Origin: Tubiluchus corallicola
Taxonomy: Eukaryota > Animalia > Priapulida
Length of the DNA: 64,000 bases
Assembly: GCA_030141605.1 (NCBI GenBank)
Contig: JAQGDQ010000071.1
Location: 475,605 to 539,604 of the forward strand
Direction: 5' to 3'
Under the pieces are notes generated by a model. The model did not search any database, was not told where the DNA came from, and was given only the letters and a program-made list of their open reading frames with translations. The position numbers were made by a program, and so were the translations under genes. This document shows positions 26,018 through 37,564 of the stretch, piece after piece; the stretch's first letter is position 1; the number at the start of each line of letters is the position of its first letter.

Positions 26018-26998
26018 AAGGGAAGAAAAGGCAATGTTAAATTATATCTCAAAAGACTTTCCGTGCAAATCTATATTACTTAGATTTTCGCTTACCTGCT
26101 AGAGAGATTTATGTAACTAGAAAAGAAAATTATTAATTATTTAAAATGTTTTCACCAATTGGTAAAATGTAGCTGACTCACCCTACAGGGTGCACCACTC
26201 ACTAACAAAAAAACGTATTTTTAATCTTATTGACAAGACATAGTAATTTTAAATTTTATTTAGTTAGTGACTTGCGCGCTACGAATGCTCTGATTATTTT
26301 TTCAAACTTTACAAAATGTTATCTAAACTTGTTTCAAATGACCTGTCGTGAAAATGGCTGCGTCTAACGGTCATCGCGGGAGTTTAAATTTACAGGTTTT
26401 ATACAGCGTGACTGCCGATTGAAGTCCTGCATGCAAAAAGGCAGCATGTAAGCGAAACAAAATTTCAAAACGAATTTTTCAAGCTTTATGTTTATGAAGG
26501 GTTCTCTTGTGCTTTAAGCACCACACCGCTTGATTAAGTTCTTTCGGTAGACAATGTTTTGCAGCCTATACTGCCTTATTGCACACAGATGTTATATTAG
26601 CAATAATACTGTATAAAACATGTAAATTTAAACTCCCGCGATGACTGTTAGGCGCAGCCATTTTGACGGTAGATTGTTTGAAACAACTTTAGGTGACATT
26701 GTGTGAAGTTTGAAAAAACCATCAGAGAATTCGCAGCGCACTCTTCTGTTACTAAACAAAAGACTTAATTACTTTACATTACCAATAAAATTAAAAATAC
26801 GTTTTTGATAACTTAGTGGTGCATACTGGGCTGGTGAAACACTGACGATTTACCAGTTGGAGCAAACATTTTAAATTGCTAAAAAATTTCTTTTCTAGTT
26901 ACATAAGTCCCTCAAGCAGGTAAGCGTATAGCTAAGTAATATAAGTTTGTGTGGAAAGTTTTTGTGAACATTCTTTAAAAATGTTTTTTCTTCCCCTT
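26018..26998. mobile_element. Fold-back/MITE element with about 390-bp imperfect TIRs
   Basis: 26018-26406 is the reverse complement of 26609-26998. Solo arms occur at about 30835-31200 and 48800-49180. Confidence 0.85.
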
Positions 26999-27591
26999 CA
27001 ACATTTTTTGCTGTTTCAAGGAAATCAATGTGCACCACACGCTTAGCACACATGGAACTAATGGAAGGAATTCAGCCAAACGAGTCAAGAACCAAACTTA
27101 GAGTCCTGGTTGCACCATTTGAAAACTAGGGCAGAGGCGGGCCAAACTGCTGGTGAAATTGAGGAAGCGCTTTTACATCTCCCTGGATATTCTGACATTT
27201 GGCACCGCTTCACTTAAACTTTCATAAATACTTTTTAAGAAAAAGCTTTCTTCCGATTAAAATTTTTCGTCTATAAATGGTAGTACTAAACTAGTCATCT
27301 AGATAATTTAGTAAAAAAAGCAAGCGAAGGCAATTAGCTGATCGAGCGCCCGAAGTTAAGCAACAGCTGATCCTGAGCAGTAAATGAATGGATAATCAAT
27401 ATGAAAATTGGTTCTGCGGCTTCTTCTGCTATATTTCCCCGGCTCTTTTCCCTGCTGAAGAGAGGTACAATCGCGTCCATCTTAGAGGGCTGTCTTCGAT
27501 AATAAGCAAGATCCCGTCCAGTCACAACAATTTATAATAATCATTTGAACGCACGAAAGAATATTATATTAAAAAGTGTGAAAAATTTCAA

Positions 27592-27662
27592 ACCACCGCT
27601 AGGACTCGAACCTAGGACTTATGCTGTCCAGGCAGCTATACTAGCCGCTACACCACAAAGGC
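27592..27662 (-). pseudogene. tRNA-Gly(TCC)-derived pseudogene or SINE head
   Basis: GTGGTGTAGCGGCTAGTATAGCTGCCT..CCTAGGTTCGAGTCCTAG. The T arm is intact, but the acceptor and anticodon arms are disrupted. Confidence 0.6.
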
Positions 27663-28424
27663 ACTTGACCTACTTGACGGCACGTATGCTACTAGTTGTA
27701 TATGAATGAGGAATTAAAGTCTACATTGTACCACATAGTACAAGATCAATTCTATGAACGCCCGAAAGCTGGTATAAATTATCCCTTCATCGGGATTCGA
27801 ACTCATAACCTACAATCCGGGTTGCTAACCATTACGCCACAGAGAGATTTTTCAGAATAAAAAAAATACACTGGACGATGAAAAAGGTAACTAGCAGGTT
27901 GACCTAATTAGCAAACGCCAAAAGACAAGATATTAGACAGGTTTCCATCATTTGTAAAAAATGTGGCACATGTTTTTCCTTCCATACAGGTGCTGCCAAT
28001 GAAATTAGTATTCATCAGTTTGTTAGATTTGAGTGCACGCATGCGCAAGTCAACTCAAAAATAAATGTAAAGACAAGCATAATAATTAGTAAGTTACGGA
28101 GGTAACCTTAGTCATCAGAATACCGACCAACCAAAAGCTGTACTGCCTGTAGATTTTTGCATCAGTAGATTTAGTATAATAAATGCATATTATGTTAAAA
28201 GTAATTTTTAATTTTTTTGTGCGTATGCGTTGAGAAGTTATATTTTGTAATTGAATTTTAATTTTACCTATGTAAATTTTATGTCTTTTATTCACAATTT
28301 AAAAAATTAACTCTTGTAATAGTAGTTTAACACTATTGCCTACAACAGGCATTGAGTGGTTACACATATAGTATTTTCACGTATTTTATCACACCTGTAA
28401 ATGTGTAGAACTTATGCAATAAAG

Positions 28425-28474
<50 letters not shown>

Positions 28475-28566
28475 CACTGCTGTGATGGCAGTGCTAATCG
28501 TGCAAAGTTAACAGCGCAGTTCACAGCGGGTATTGCTCTCCTCAATTTTTCCCTAGTTCTTATGCA

Positions 28567-29266
28567 TTAAATAACAGCATATTTTAAGACTAACAATACC
28601 TGAGTGCTATTGGTTAATCTGCCATTGTAGTATTTAGTGTTCCTGTCGTGTGGATATCGCAATTCGCCGCAGCAGCTCCTGCTTTTCAGGACAGCAATGA
28701 AACCCAACCGGAACTTCCGGTTCAGAAATCCGTACAGGACCGGATCAATCCCACTATTCGACGTGGATATCCATTGGCATATGGGTATGAGCAGTGCCAG
28801 CTGCGCATTGTTATCGGAGACAACTCCAAAATAAACAAACGCAAACGTCAAGTACAGTGGCAGCCAACTGAAGGCGAACACCATCACAACGACTAGGACC
28901 ATTTTTGCAAGTTTGAGCTTCTGTTTTCGAACCAGCGTTTCCAAGTCACGTGTTTCACCAATCACGGGACGTCGTAAGACGTGCAGAAATATCAAGAAAT
29001 AGCAAACACTTATGACAGCTAAGGGAACAATGTAGCACTGCAAAGCTACAACGCACAAGAAGTACCATTTTGCTGCAGCGGGATCGTGCCATCCGAATTC
29101 GCCACAAACTGACAGTAATTGACCCTTGAATATTATATCTACGGCATCGTAATACAGCAACCAAGGAATGAAGGTCAGGCAGGAATATATCCATATAACA
29201 GCAATGAATCGTCCCGCTGCCTTCGTCGTCATCTCATACTTCATCGGATAAACAATAGAAATGTAT
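28567..29266 (-). CDS. SIFaR: GPCR cassette B exon 3: ICL2 to TM7 and C-tail (FAFSWLPLY, QWISTSNSGIDPVLY, KSRSCCGELRY)
   Basis: tttccag acceptor and an intact frame. With exon 1 it gives 356 aa. It may instead splice at CAG|gtattg near 28600 to a further exon. Confidence 0.9.
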
Positions 29267-29344
29267 CTGGAAATATAAATCTCATTATTTTTGCAATACA
29301 ATAATTGCCAACAGGTGTCTCTAGTGAGAAATCCTTTTCAAGAC

Positions 29345-30007
29345 CAGGGCCGGATTTTAATTTTGTAGGCCCCTGGGTTACAGATACATGAGGCTCCGGC
29401 CCCAGTGACAATTAAAAAAAGCGTGAATGTTGGATTCTTCAAATCAGCTTATTCAAATTCTACAAAATAATGCCAACATTAGGCCCACGTAGATGGGTGA
29501 AAGTTTAACACAACAAAAAGAGAAGAAATATTCTGATATTTACAAAATTAAAACATGGAATACATACGAATTACAATAAATTGTAATTTTGTCACAGGAG
29601 GTGACCTCAATTCCTCTAAAATTGTGTCATTGTAATCAGATTGCTAGTGTATTTGGCAGTATCAATGAGTTCAAATAATGAACAAGAAAACAATTTCAGT
29701 GTATTATTACACAGTATATTAATGCATTCTCTAGCAACTTTTCACAGTAATTTACTTTCACTTAATTTCTGGAGGCCCCTCAACTGGCAAAGGCCCCTGG
29801 GCTGCAGCCCATAAAGCCCATGCTCTAGTAACTTTTCACAGTAATTTACTTTCAGAATCTCTGGAGGCCCCTCAACTGGCAAAGGCCCCTGGGATGCAGC
29901 CCATAAAGCCCATGCTCTAGTAACTTTTCACAGTAATTTACTTTCACTTAATTTCTGAAGGCCCCTCAGCTGGCGAAGGCCGCTGGGCTGCAGCCCATCT
30001 GGTACTG
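29345..30007. mobile_element. hAT-type MITE in the cassette B intron, with an internal 92-94-bp triplication (29729-29998)
   Basis: CAGGGCCGG.. and ..CTGGTACTG termini, with 8-bp TSD ttcaagac/ttaaagac. Confidence 0.8.
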
Positions 30008-30360
30008 TTAAAGACAATTAATGAGTTTTGAGAACTCAGCTGATTCACGGCTGTTTCAACTAGAAAATGCTCACTAAGCAGCATTAGGTTTTATACTGTA
30101 CTGTGTTATACTAGCTTTAAAAATCTTTGCATGTTTGTTAGAGATTTCGTCGTCTTTAATATAACATCAATAATTGATTCATTAAACCACCATGCATCGT
30201 CTCCCAAAAGACAGTCACCAAACTAATTTTCTTACTTATTTAATCGTTGGTAAAGAGCAAACATGACTGACTTATTCCTTATTCATTATATTAAACACTT
30301 ACTGATTAATAAGACCAGATTTCAAAAGCAAGCCTCCCTTGCTCGTGTGTATTTGCTTAC

Positions 30361-30460
30361 CTCTCTACAGATATGGTAGCCAGTGTGTTCACGGAAGAGG
30401 AAACGGAAACAGCTTGAAGCCAGACAACTGTTTTGCACGCCCCATCCGAGAACGGATAAC
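30361..30460 (-). CDS. SIFaR: GPCR cassette B exon 2: ECL1-TM3 (SYPFSDGACKTVVWLQAVSVSSSVNTLATISVER)
   Basis: 100-nt exon between aag and gtaagc, with the same phases as cassette A exon 2 and 18/34 identical residues. Confidence 0.9.
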
Positions 30461-30834
30461 CTTTAAAAGAAAGCTTGTGCTAGCAAACTAGAGTTTAGAT
30501 CTATTACTGTATTAGTAAGGTACTAATTATATCTTTTATTTATCATTACTAATTGTTTTGTCTGTATTCAGGTTTTGTGGTTTTCTGCCGAGGAAAGCGC
30601 CAGTGATGCAAAGACGACAGATATATTTTATTCAAATTTGAAAGTAGCTAATGCAAGAAAACACTTTTCATAACAAAAGTTTAAAAAATCGTCTTGAAAT
30701 TTTATATCACTTACATGCTGATTGTAAATTAAAGTACAAGAGAACACTCTTCATAAATAAAGCTTAAACATCGTCTTGAAAGGTCATATTGCTTACATAC
30801 TGTCTTATTGCATACAGGGCTTACGTTAACAGTA

Positions 30835-31200
30835 GCGCTGTATAGAGCTCGTAAATTTAAACTCCCGCGTTAGGCGCAGTCATTGTAATGTCAGTCGTTT
30901 GAAACAAATTTAGATAACATCGCATAAAGTTCGAAAAAATAATCAGAGCATTTGTAACACGCTCCTCGCTAACTAAGCAAAAGTATAAATTGCTTTACAT
31001 TATCAATAAGATTAAAAATACGTTTTTGGTGAATCAGTGGTGCACGCTGGGATGGTGATGCAGTGCCATTCCACTAGTTGTCGCGAGCATTTAAAATTAT
31101 TAAGAAATTTCTTGTCTAGTTACATTTGTTTTTCAAACAGATAAGAATGATGCATACAGAAGTAATGTAACTTCATATCATGGAAAGTTCCTAGAGACAT
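30835..31200. mobile_element. Solo arm of the 26018-26998 fold-back family
   Basis: gtaaatttaaactcccgcg..tctagttacat aligns with the right arm at 26609-26960. Confidence 0.75.
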
Positions 31201-32039
31201 ACTGTACTTTAAAAACCGTTTTGATTCTCGTTAAAAAATTTATTATGAGGTTTTCGGTGACCGCATTGGTAATTTTATTTCATGATATGATATGATGTGA
31301 TTAACATGGTAATGTTATAGCAAAGAATGTTTTTTACTATAATGTTTACGAACTGTATTCTGTACAATAATAATTTGCTAATAAAACACGCTTCATTTCG
31401 TCAGTCACAAAACAGTTCAGGTCGTGGCATCATCCTGAATTCTGTTTGTCAGCTAAATCGATCTAGATTCGCCCTGCGTTATGACTTTCACTTAACGCTA
31501 CACAAATAATTTACATATTTCATTATTGTTGTGACTAACCGACTGACTCAATACTATCTGAGGTTAATACAGCGCCCTTTTCGCCTAGAAATATACTGTT
31601 TTTTATTTTGTATTAATTTGCATTTAATAATGGATAAAGTTACGATGATTTTATGCATGAGATGAGTTTTCTTACTGCAGTTACAAATGTTTGCGGCCTA
31701 AAATGTTTCACTGTTTACCTGTGTTTGTCCTGCACCTCCTATTAACACCGTGTATTATTTGAAATTAATTAAGATTGAACAAAAGATGGCGCTTCTATCA
31801 AAGAATTGAAACTTGAGTAGTTTTGTTACGTTAACGCCAGTGACGCACTACAAGTCCTTTTTTGTAACTTTTGTCAGCAAACAATGATGAATTAAGAAAG
31901 AATAAATGGCTTCCCATTCTTTGGGGCAAAAATCTTGTGCATATGTCATAGATAAGAAAAAAATTAAATGTTCAAGCAGAAAGTCAGTCTGTGTCACCAG
32001 AAAATCATCGACTCTGCCAATCGGTTAGTAGATCAGCTA

Positions 32040-32400
32040 ACCATCTACTTTTCAACCTGGTAATCGATGAACTGATCTCGAAAGTCGGTTCTCGATTTGG
32101 CTATGGGATCGACGAATACCAAGTGGCTATAGTTGGTTTTACCGATGACCTAGTCCTAATCTCAGCCTCGAAACATGGCATGGGAGTTTTGTTGGAGACA
32201 GCCAATGGCTTCTTCACGAAACGAGGTATGACACTGAACGCCAACAAGTGCAAAGCCATGAAGCTAGTCAAGGCATACCAGCGAAAGGCTATGAAAGTGT
32301 TAATAGAGCACACATGGAAGATCTGCCAGACTCCTATTCCAATGCTGGGAGTCAGTGATACGTATAAATACCTGAGAATCCCCATGACTGCCAACCTGTC
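32040..32400 (+). mobile_element. R2/NeSL-like non-LTR RT fragment
   Basis: LLFNLVIDEL..GFTDDLVLIS..GMTLNANKC..YKYL. Confidence 0.75.
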
Positions 32401-34301
32401 TAGTCAACCAGCTGAGCAAATTTATTTATCAGAGAGTCCAAAGATATACCATTTGTGCTGGTGCAGCATGTAACCACTAGCGTGTGTAAAATTTAGAAAA
32501 TCACGCTTAACTTCTGAGAAAACAAAACAATAATAACAGATATGAGATTAATACTGTTTCACTTTTATATTTCACAAATATGAACTTTCACTTCATAAAC
32601 AATGACGTCAGGATTCGCCAGTTAAAATAATCCAATCCAGAAAAATGTGACACATTAATGATAAAACAGTATAGATCTTAAATGTACCACAAAAATACTG
32701 GTACTTATGTAAGTGATTTCTAGTGATGTTGACTTTTCAGCAGTATCAGTCCTGCGTGACTTATAAATGAACAGTCAATCGCAAGGTACAATTATACGAG
32801 CTGTCATAGAAGAAATAAACTGGGGAAATAAACCTGTTAAGCAGTAACTATGACATCAGCTACCGTTCTGTCGGTTTCTCCAATCATTGGCACCTAGTAA
32901 GAAAACTACGTCTCTAGGAATGGCAACTTAACTTTATGATGCGTCCTTAAATGTCAATACCTTATTTTAAACTAAGTGTAAAGAAAGTGTATCAAAAAAT
33001 GATGACACTATTTGCAGCAAGATAGAAAACCAAAAATGGCAGACGGTAATAACTTTATAATTTTATAACTTTATAACCTAATTTTATAATATCAGCAGTC
33101 AATTGACCAAGATACTCATAATGACGAAAGTTTAGTTCATACTTGATTTAATACTTTTTGCAAGCTATATTATTACTGTCTTGTGTAGGATCTAACTACA
33201 ATGATACAGAGCCATGTAGTAATGGTTTTTAATTCATTTGTTGCCAATTCCAAAACCAAGTACAACATCCGGACAAACTGCAGAGCTGATTCAGTCAAAA
33301 GAAGCTGGAAAGTATTGCAACTTTAGAATAGAGAATGCACATGAAATATTTCTTACTATCTCATGGTCACATCCCGTAGAGCAGACTAAAAATTATATCG
33401 TTAAGCATAATCAATGAAAAACAGTGACAACATATGATACCACTAACATCAACATAGACCTAAATCAGACAGTGAGGGCAACTCAAAAAATACACTGGTC
33501 TTGAAAATATAATTTTTCAGATTGCTTCAAACTCCATTGTGATTTATATCTTCCCTGATACCTGATAACTTAATAACAACATTCAAATATTGCACAAAGG
33601 TAACATCACATTATATTAGATAGTGTAATATAACAGGCAGCTACAACATCGTAAAGATTGCTCATACTGCCAAGTGTTAACTAAACAGGCTACTAAACAA
33701 GCCTGCTCAATCCATCAGTTCATTTATTACAAGTACACTTCTATATTCCATACTCATTACACTAATGTGTACAATCATTTTCATTGTCAACTAACTTCAA
33801 CCTAGGCAAGATCAGAAGACAATATTTGGTCACATGCTTGTCGCTACAAAATTTTCCAATCGTGAAGACAATAGCACAAGTTTCATTTGCTTTAAAATTG
33901 GTGCAATAACATCTTTGAACTTGTGAATGTAATATAGCGTGTTTTATACAAATAGTCTGTGATTCACTTCATGACCAAGAGACCATCACAAAATTCGGCT
34001 CACATTCCAGTATCTGCAAATAGGATTATGACAAGTACACTATTTGGGAATAATTTAACAGATGTATTGGTAATCTTGGAAACTAGTCACCATTCGAGTT
34101 ACAAAGCGAACACATCACACTTAGCCCGCACATTGTGCAGAAAAACGTTCTCTTGTAAATTTCTCTTCTGTTATTGTTGCTGGTAACAAAAAAGCAGCTC
34201 CGTCACATGTAAGAAAAGTACCAAGTAGACGCCATCATGCACAACCATCAATGACACTAGCGACATGTGGAGCTGCTTTCAGAAACTCCTCTTCATTTTC
34301 T

Positions 34302-35037
34302 TCACACATCGTCTTTCAAAGTCGCCATACAGTAATCTACATGGGTCTGTTCAGAAACGATCCTCTGACTATTTACTGCAGATGTGGTATAGTGTCCTAT
34401 CCTGTCTCCAGGATACTTCAGCTTCTTACAACAAGACCCACTCATCACTATGGCTTTGAACCCTTGCCTGTATTTTCGGTTTAAGTAGGCATAGATGCAC
34501 GGATTAATACAACTATTTGCAGTGGAAACCCACTGAAGGACGGGAACAGCGTGATTGACGTAACTTAGTGCCACGTCATCAAAACTGTTGAAGTAATAGC
34601 CGATGAAGATGGCGTACAAAGGTAGCCAAGAAATGGCGAAAATCAAGACTACCACCAGAAGCATTTTGATGACTTGGATCCGTTGGCGACGGACAATATT
34701 CTCATACTCTCGAGCATCGCCGATTAAATCTCTTTTCCACACAGCCAAGAAAATGTTCATGTAACAAAAACTGATTGTTAAAAGTGGGGCAACATAGCAG
34801 AGGATGAAGACATTGAACAACAAATTCCACTTCATCGCGTGTTCGTACCCGTTCGGCCATTGTTCCATGCAGTAGCGTATGATTACTTGGCGATCTGCTG
34901 ACGGATTATCAGTTATTTGGAAAAAAGCAAACCATGGAATAAAAAACGCCCCGGCGCAAATCCAGATGGCAGCACAAGCTTTTCTAGCTGTCCTCAATGT
35001 CATCTGAAATTTCATTGGGTGGCAAATGGCAAAGTAT
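34302..35037 (-). CDS. SIFaR: GPCR cassette A exon 3: ICL2 to TM7 and C-tail (FAISWLPLY, QWVSTANSCINPCIY, SGSCC)
   Basis: ttttccag acceptor and an open frame to the stop at 34302. SWLPLY, QW..NSCINP and the post-helix-8 CC match SIFamide/NPFF receptors. Isoform A would be 368 aa. Confidence 0.93.
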
Positions 35038-35331
35038 CTGGAAAAATAACAATAAAGACAAAGTTATATGAAACTTGTTGGCTGATTGGAGTTGAACATA
35101 TGTCAGATATAGCGGGGTTTTAACAAAACGGAGACAGGCTAGGAAATAGATAGAAGGTAACTACAGTTAGCAAACACTGACTAAACTGAAAAAGTTAACA
35201 AAAAATGTCTGACCATTAAGTTGGATGTTGCTGATGACTTCATTCAATAAAACTATTTTCAATCCTGTAAGACGGCAACTTACTTTGCAAGACTACATTT
35301 ACAAATGTCAGTGCCACTTTTGCAGGCTTAC

Positions 35332-35431
35332 CTATCAAGAGAAATTGCCACCAAAGTATACACAGATGTCGCCACCGACAAACCCTGAAGCCATGACACC
35401 AACTTGCATGGTATCATGCCGAACTGATAAC
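35332..35431 (-). CDS. SIFaR: GPCR cassette A exon 2: ECL1-TM3 (SYQFGMIPCKLVSWLQGLSVATSVYTLVAISLDR)
   Basis: 100-nt exon between tag and gtaagc, phase 1 to 2, with the intron inside the Arg of DRY. Confidence 0.92.
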
Positions 35432-37169
35432 CTATAATACAAAACACTCATGTTATAATAATAAACTAACAAAAATATCATTATGCATAAAACGATTATG
35501 CATAATTATACATAAATTATAACACTACATCAGCATAATTAATGTTAAACAATGCTAAACAATGTTAAACCCACAATAATTAATTAGCTATTGTCGTTGC
35601 TTATAGTTTTTGATCACATCAGTCAGTTAGGCACCTTCACAATAATTAATGTGTTTTAAAAAAATGTAAAACAAAAAGCAATTGTCACAATGCGATGTAA
35701 TGTAAAATTTATTTTAGTCGTAATTATAAGCACTGGGCAACTACATTACGACTGTAACAGTCAGTTACACAATAATAAGGCTTTCACAGTTTCGTTGTGC
35801 GCACGCGCAGTTGTTGTAGGTCGTAGGTTAAGTGTACCACAGCAACCCGTCGTATCTACAATCGTCACGTGACATGTGGGTAAAGTAAAGCCCAGTTCAG
35901 TAACGTCAGTGTTTTCGTGGACTTCACTTAACTGTGCAATAGTCTGTGCGGGATCTTGTTTGGGAACAAGAGAAAATGAATTAGAATTAATTACTAATCC
36001 AATAGCATGGACTGCGAGGTGTGGTCAAGTGAACACAAATGCGTTGTCTGGTACATTTAACCTTTGACCTTTCCACGATCATCATCAATCGCTGGAACTG
36101 CGAAAAGGCTTATTAACTGACTGTACAAGCTACTGCTATTACTATAGCTAATGCTGCTATAACTGCTACATTACCATTGCTATATAATAAACTAATTATA
36201 TTAATTAATTAGCATAATTTAATTATTAGCAGTTTTCTGTATTAGTAATTATACCAATTAATCAGACCAACACTAGCAGTTAATTATCAGTATTATAATA
36301 ATTCTCAATTGTTAAAACCTAATAACACTTATTATTATTATAAGGCATAATAATTCCGTTTTGTGCAATACAACACACAATTTAACAATTGCAGACTTAT
36401 CATCATCAAGTTTACAAAAATCATGGCATGTAAATTCCCTGCTCACAAATAAAAAATTAAACACAGTTAATCATGCTTTTGTGTTTAAATTAATTGTATT
36501 TGCGGGCGCTTAGAACTGCAAGAATGTGTTGGTGACATGCAGTCCACTGCACCTACATGCAGTTTACATGCAGACACGTGACATGCATGCGATAGTTGTT
36601 CTGAAACGCATAATAATTAATATGACGTTGAACGTTGGAGGTCTGTTTAATTTCTCGCAGCTTCAAAATGAAGCCATTAATTAGGTCGTCATTGCAGCAC
36701 GATAAGTGCTCGGTTCAGCTAGAGATAATGACTTATCTTCATTATGTTAGTACGATGTGACGAAAATTACGTGTTTATTAAGCGAAAAACCATCACGCAT
36801 ACCGTAGATGTCAAAACCAGAAGTGCCCATTCTGAGAAAAGTAGGAAAAAATTATGGCAAATAATCATTTGCGGATGTCGTAGTAGCCAGTTAGTAAATG
36901 AATCAGCTACACATAGTGATGATAACTGTTTATTTGGTATAATACAAAATGTAAAGGCATAACAACTCTTTTTGCAGTAGAACTTGAGTAAACACTTTTG
37001 TATCCAACTTATACCTGATGTAAAAACTATACAACTGATTATGTTATAAAGTCACAATGATTGTATGTTAATGCATGCCCAGTTGGTTAATGGAATAAGT
37101 AGCATAAATATGAACAATTCTGACAATTTCTCAGTCAAAAAAGCTTTTGTCGTTTTAACTTTAACACTC

Positions 37170-37370
37170 ATAGCTAGTTTATTGGACAACAAGCGTATTT
37201 TCTGTTGGGAGGTTGCGGGTTCGATACTACGGTGGGGTAATACAAACACTTTTTACGTGGCACCTGCCTGGGTGGATTAACGATTCTGTAATGTAGCTGT
37301 AGTTGTTATTTACAGCCGCTGATAAACGCCTAGTGTTGTCTATTGAGTTTAAAACCATCTTTAAATAAAG

Positions 37371-37453
<83 letters not shown>

Positions 37454-37490
37454 TATTACTATTATTATTACTATTATTATTATTATTATA

Positions 37491-37563
<73 letters not shown>
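37170..37563 (+). mobile_element. tRNA-derived SINE ending in an expanded (TTA)n tail (37371-37563)
   Basis: B box gggttcgatac at about 37217, and aataaag immediately before about 190 bp of TTA. Confidence 0.6.

Positions 37564-37564
<1 letters not shown>

Noticed and set aside
33225-33290. Possible TM1 exon for cassette B (VVLGFGIGNK)
   Set aside because: A stop follows one codon after GN, and there is no TM2 motif or donor.
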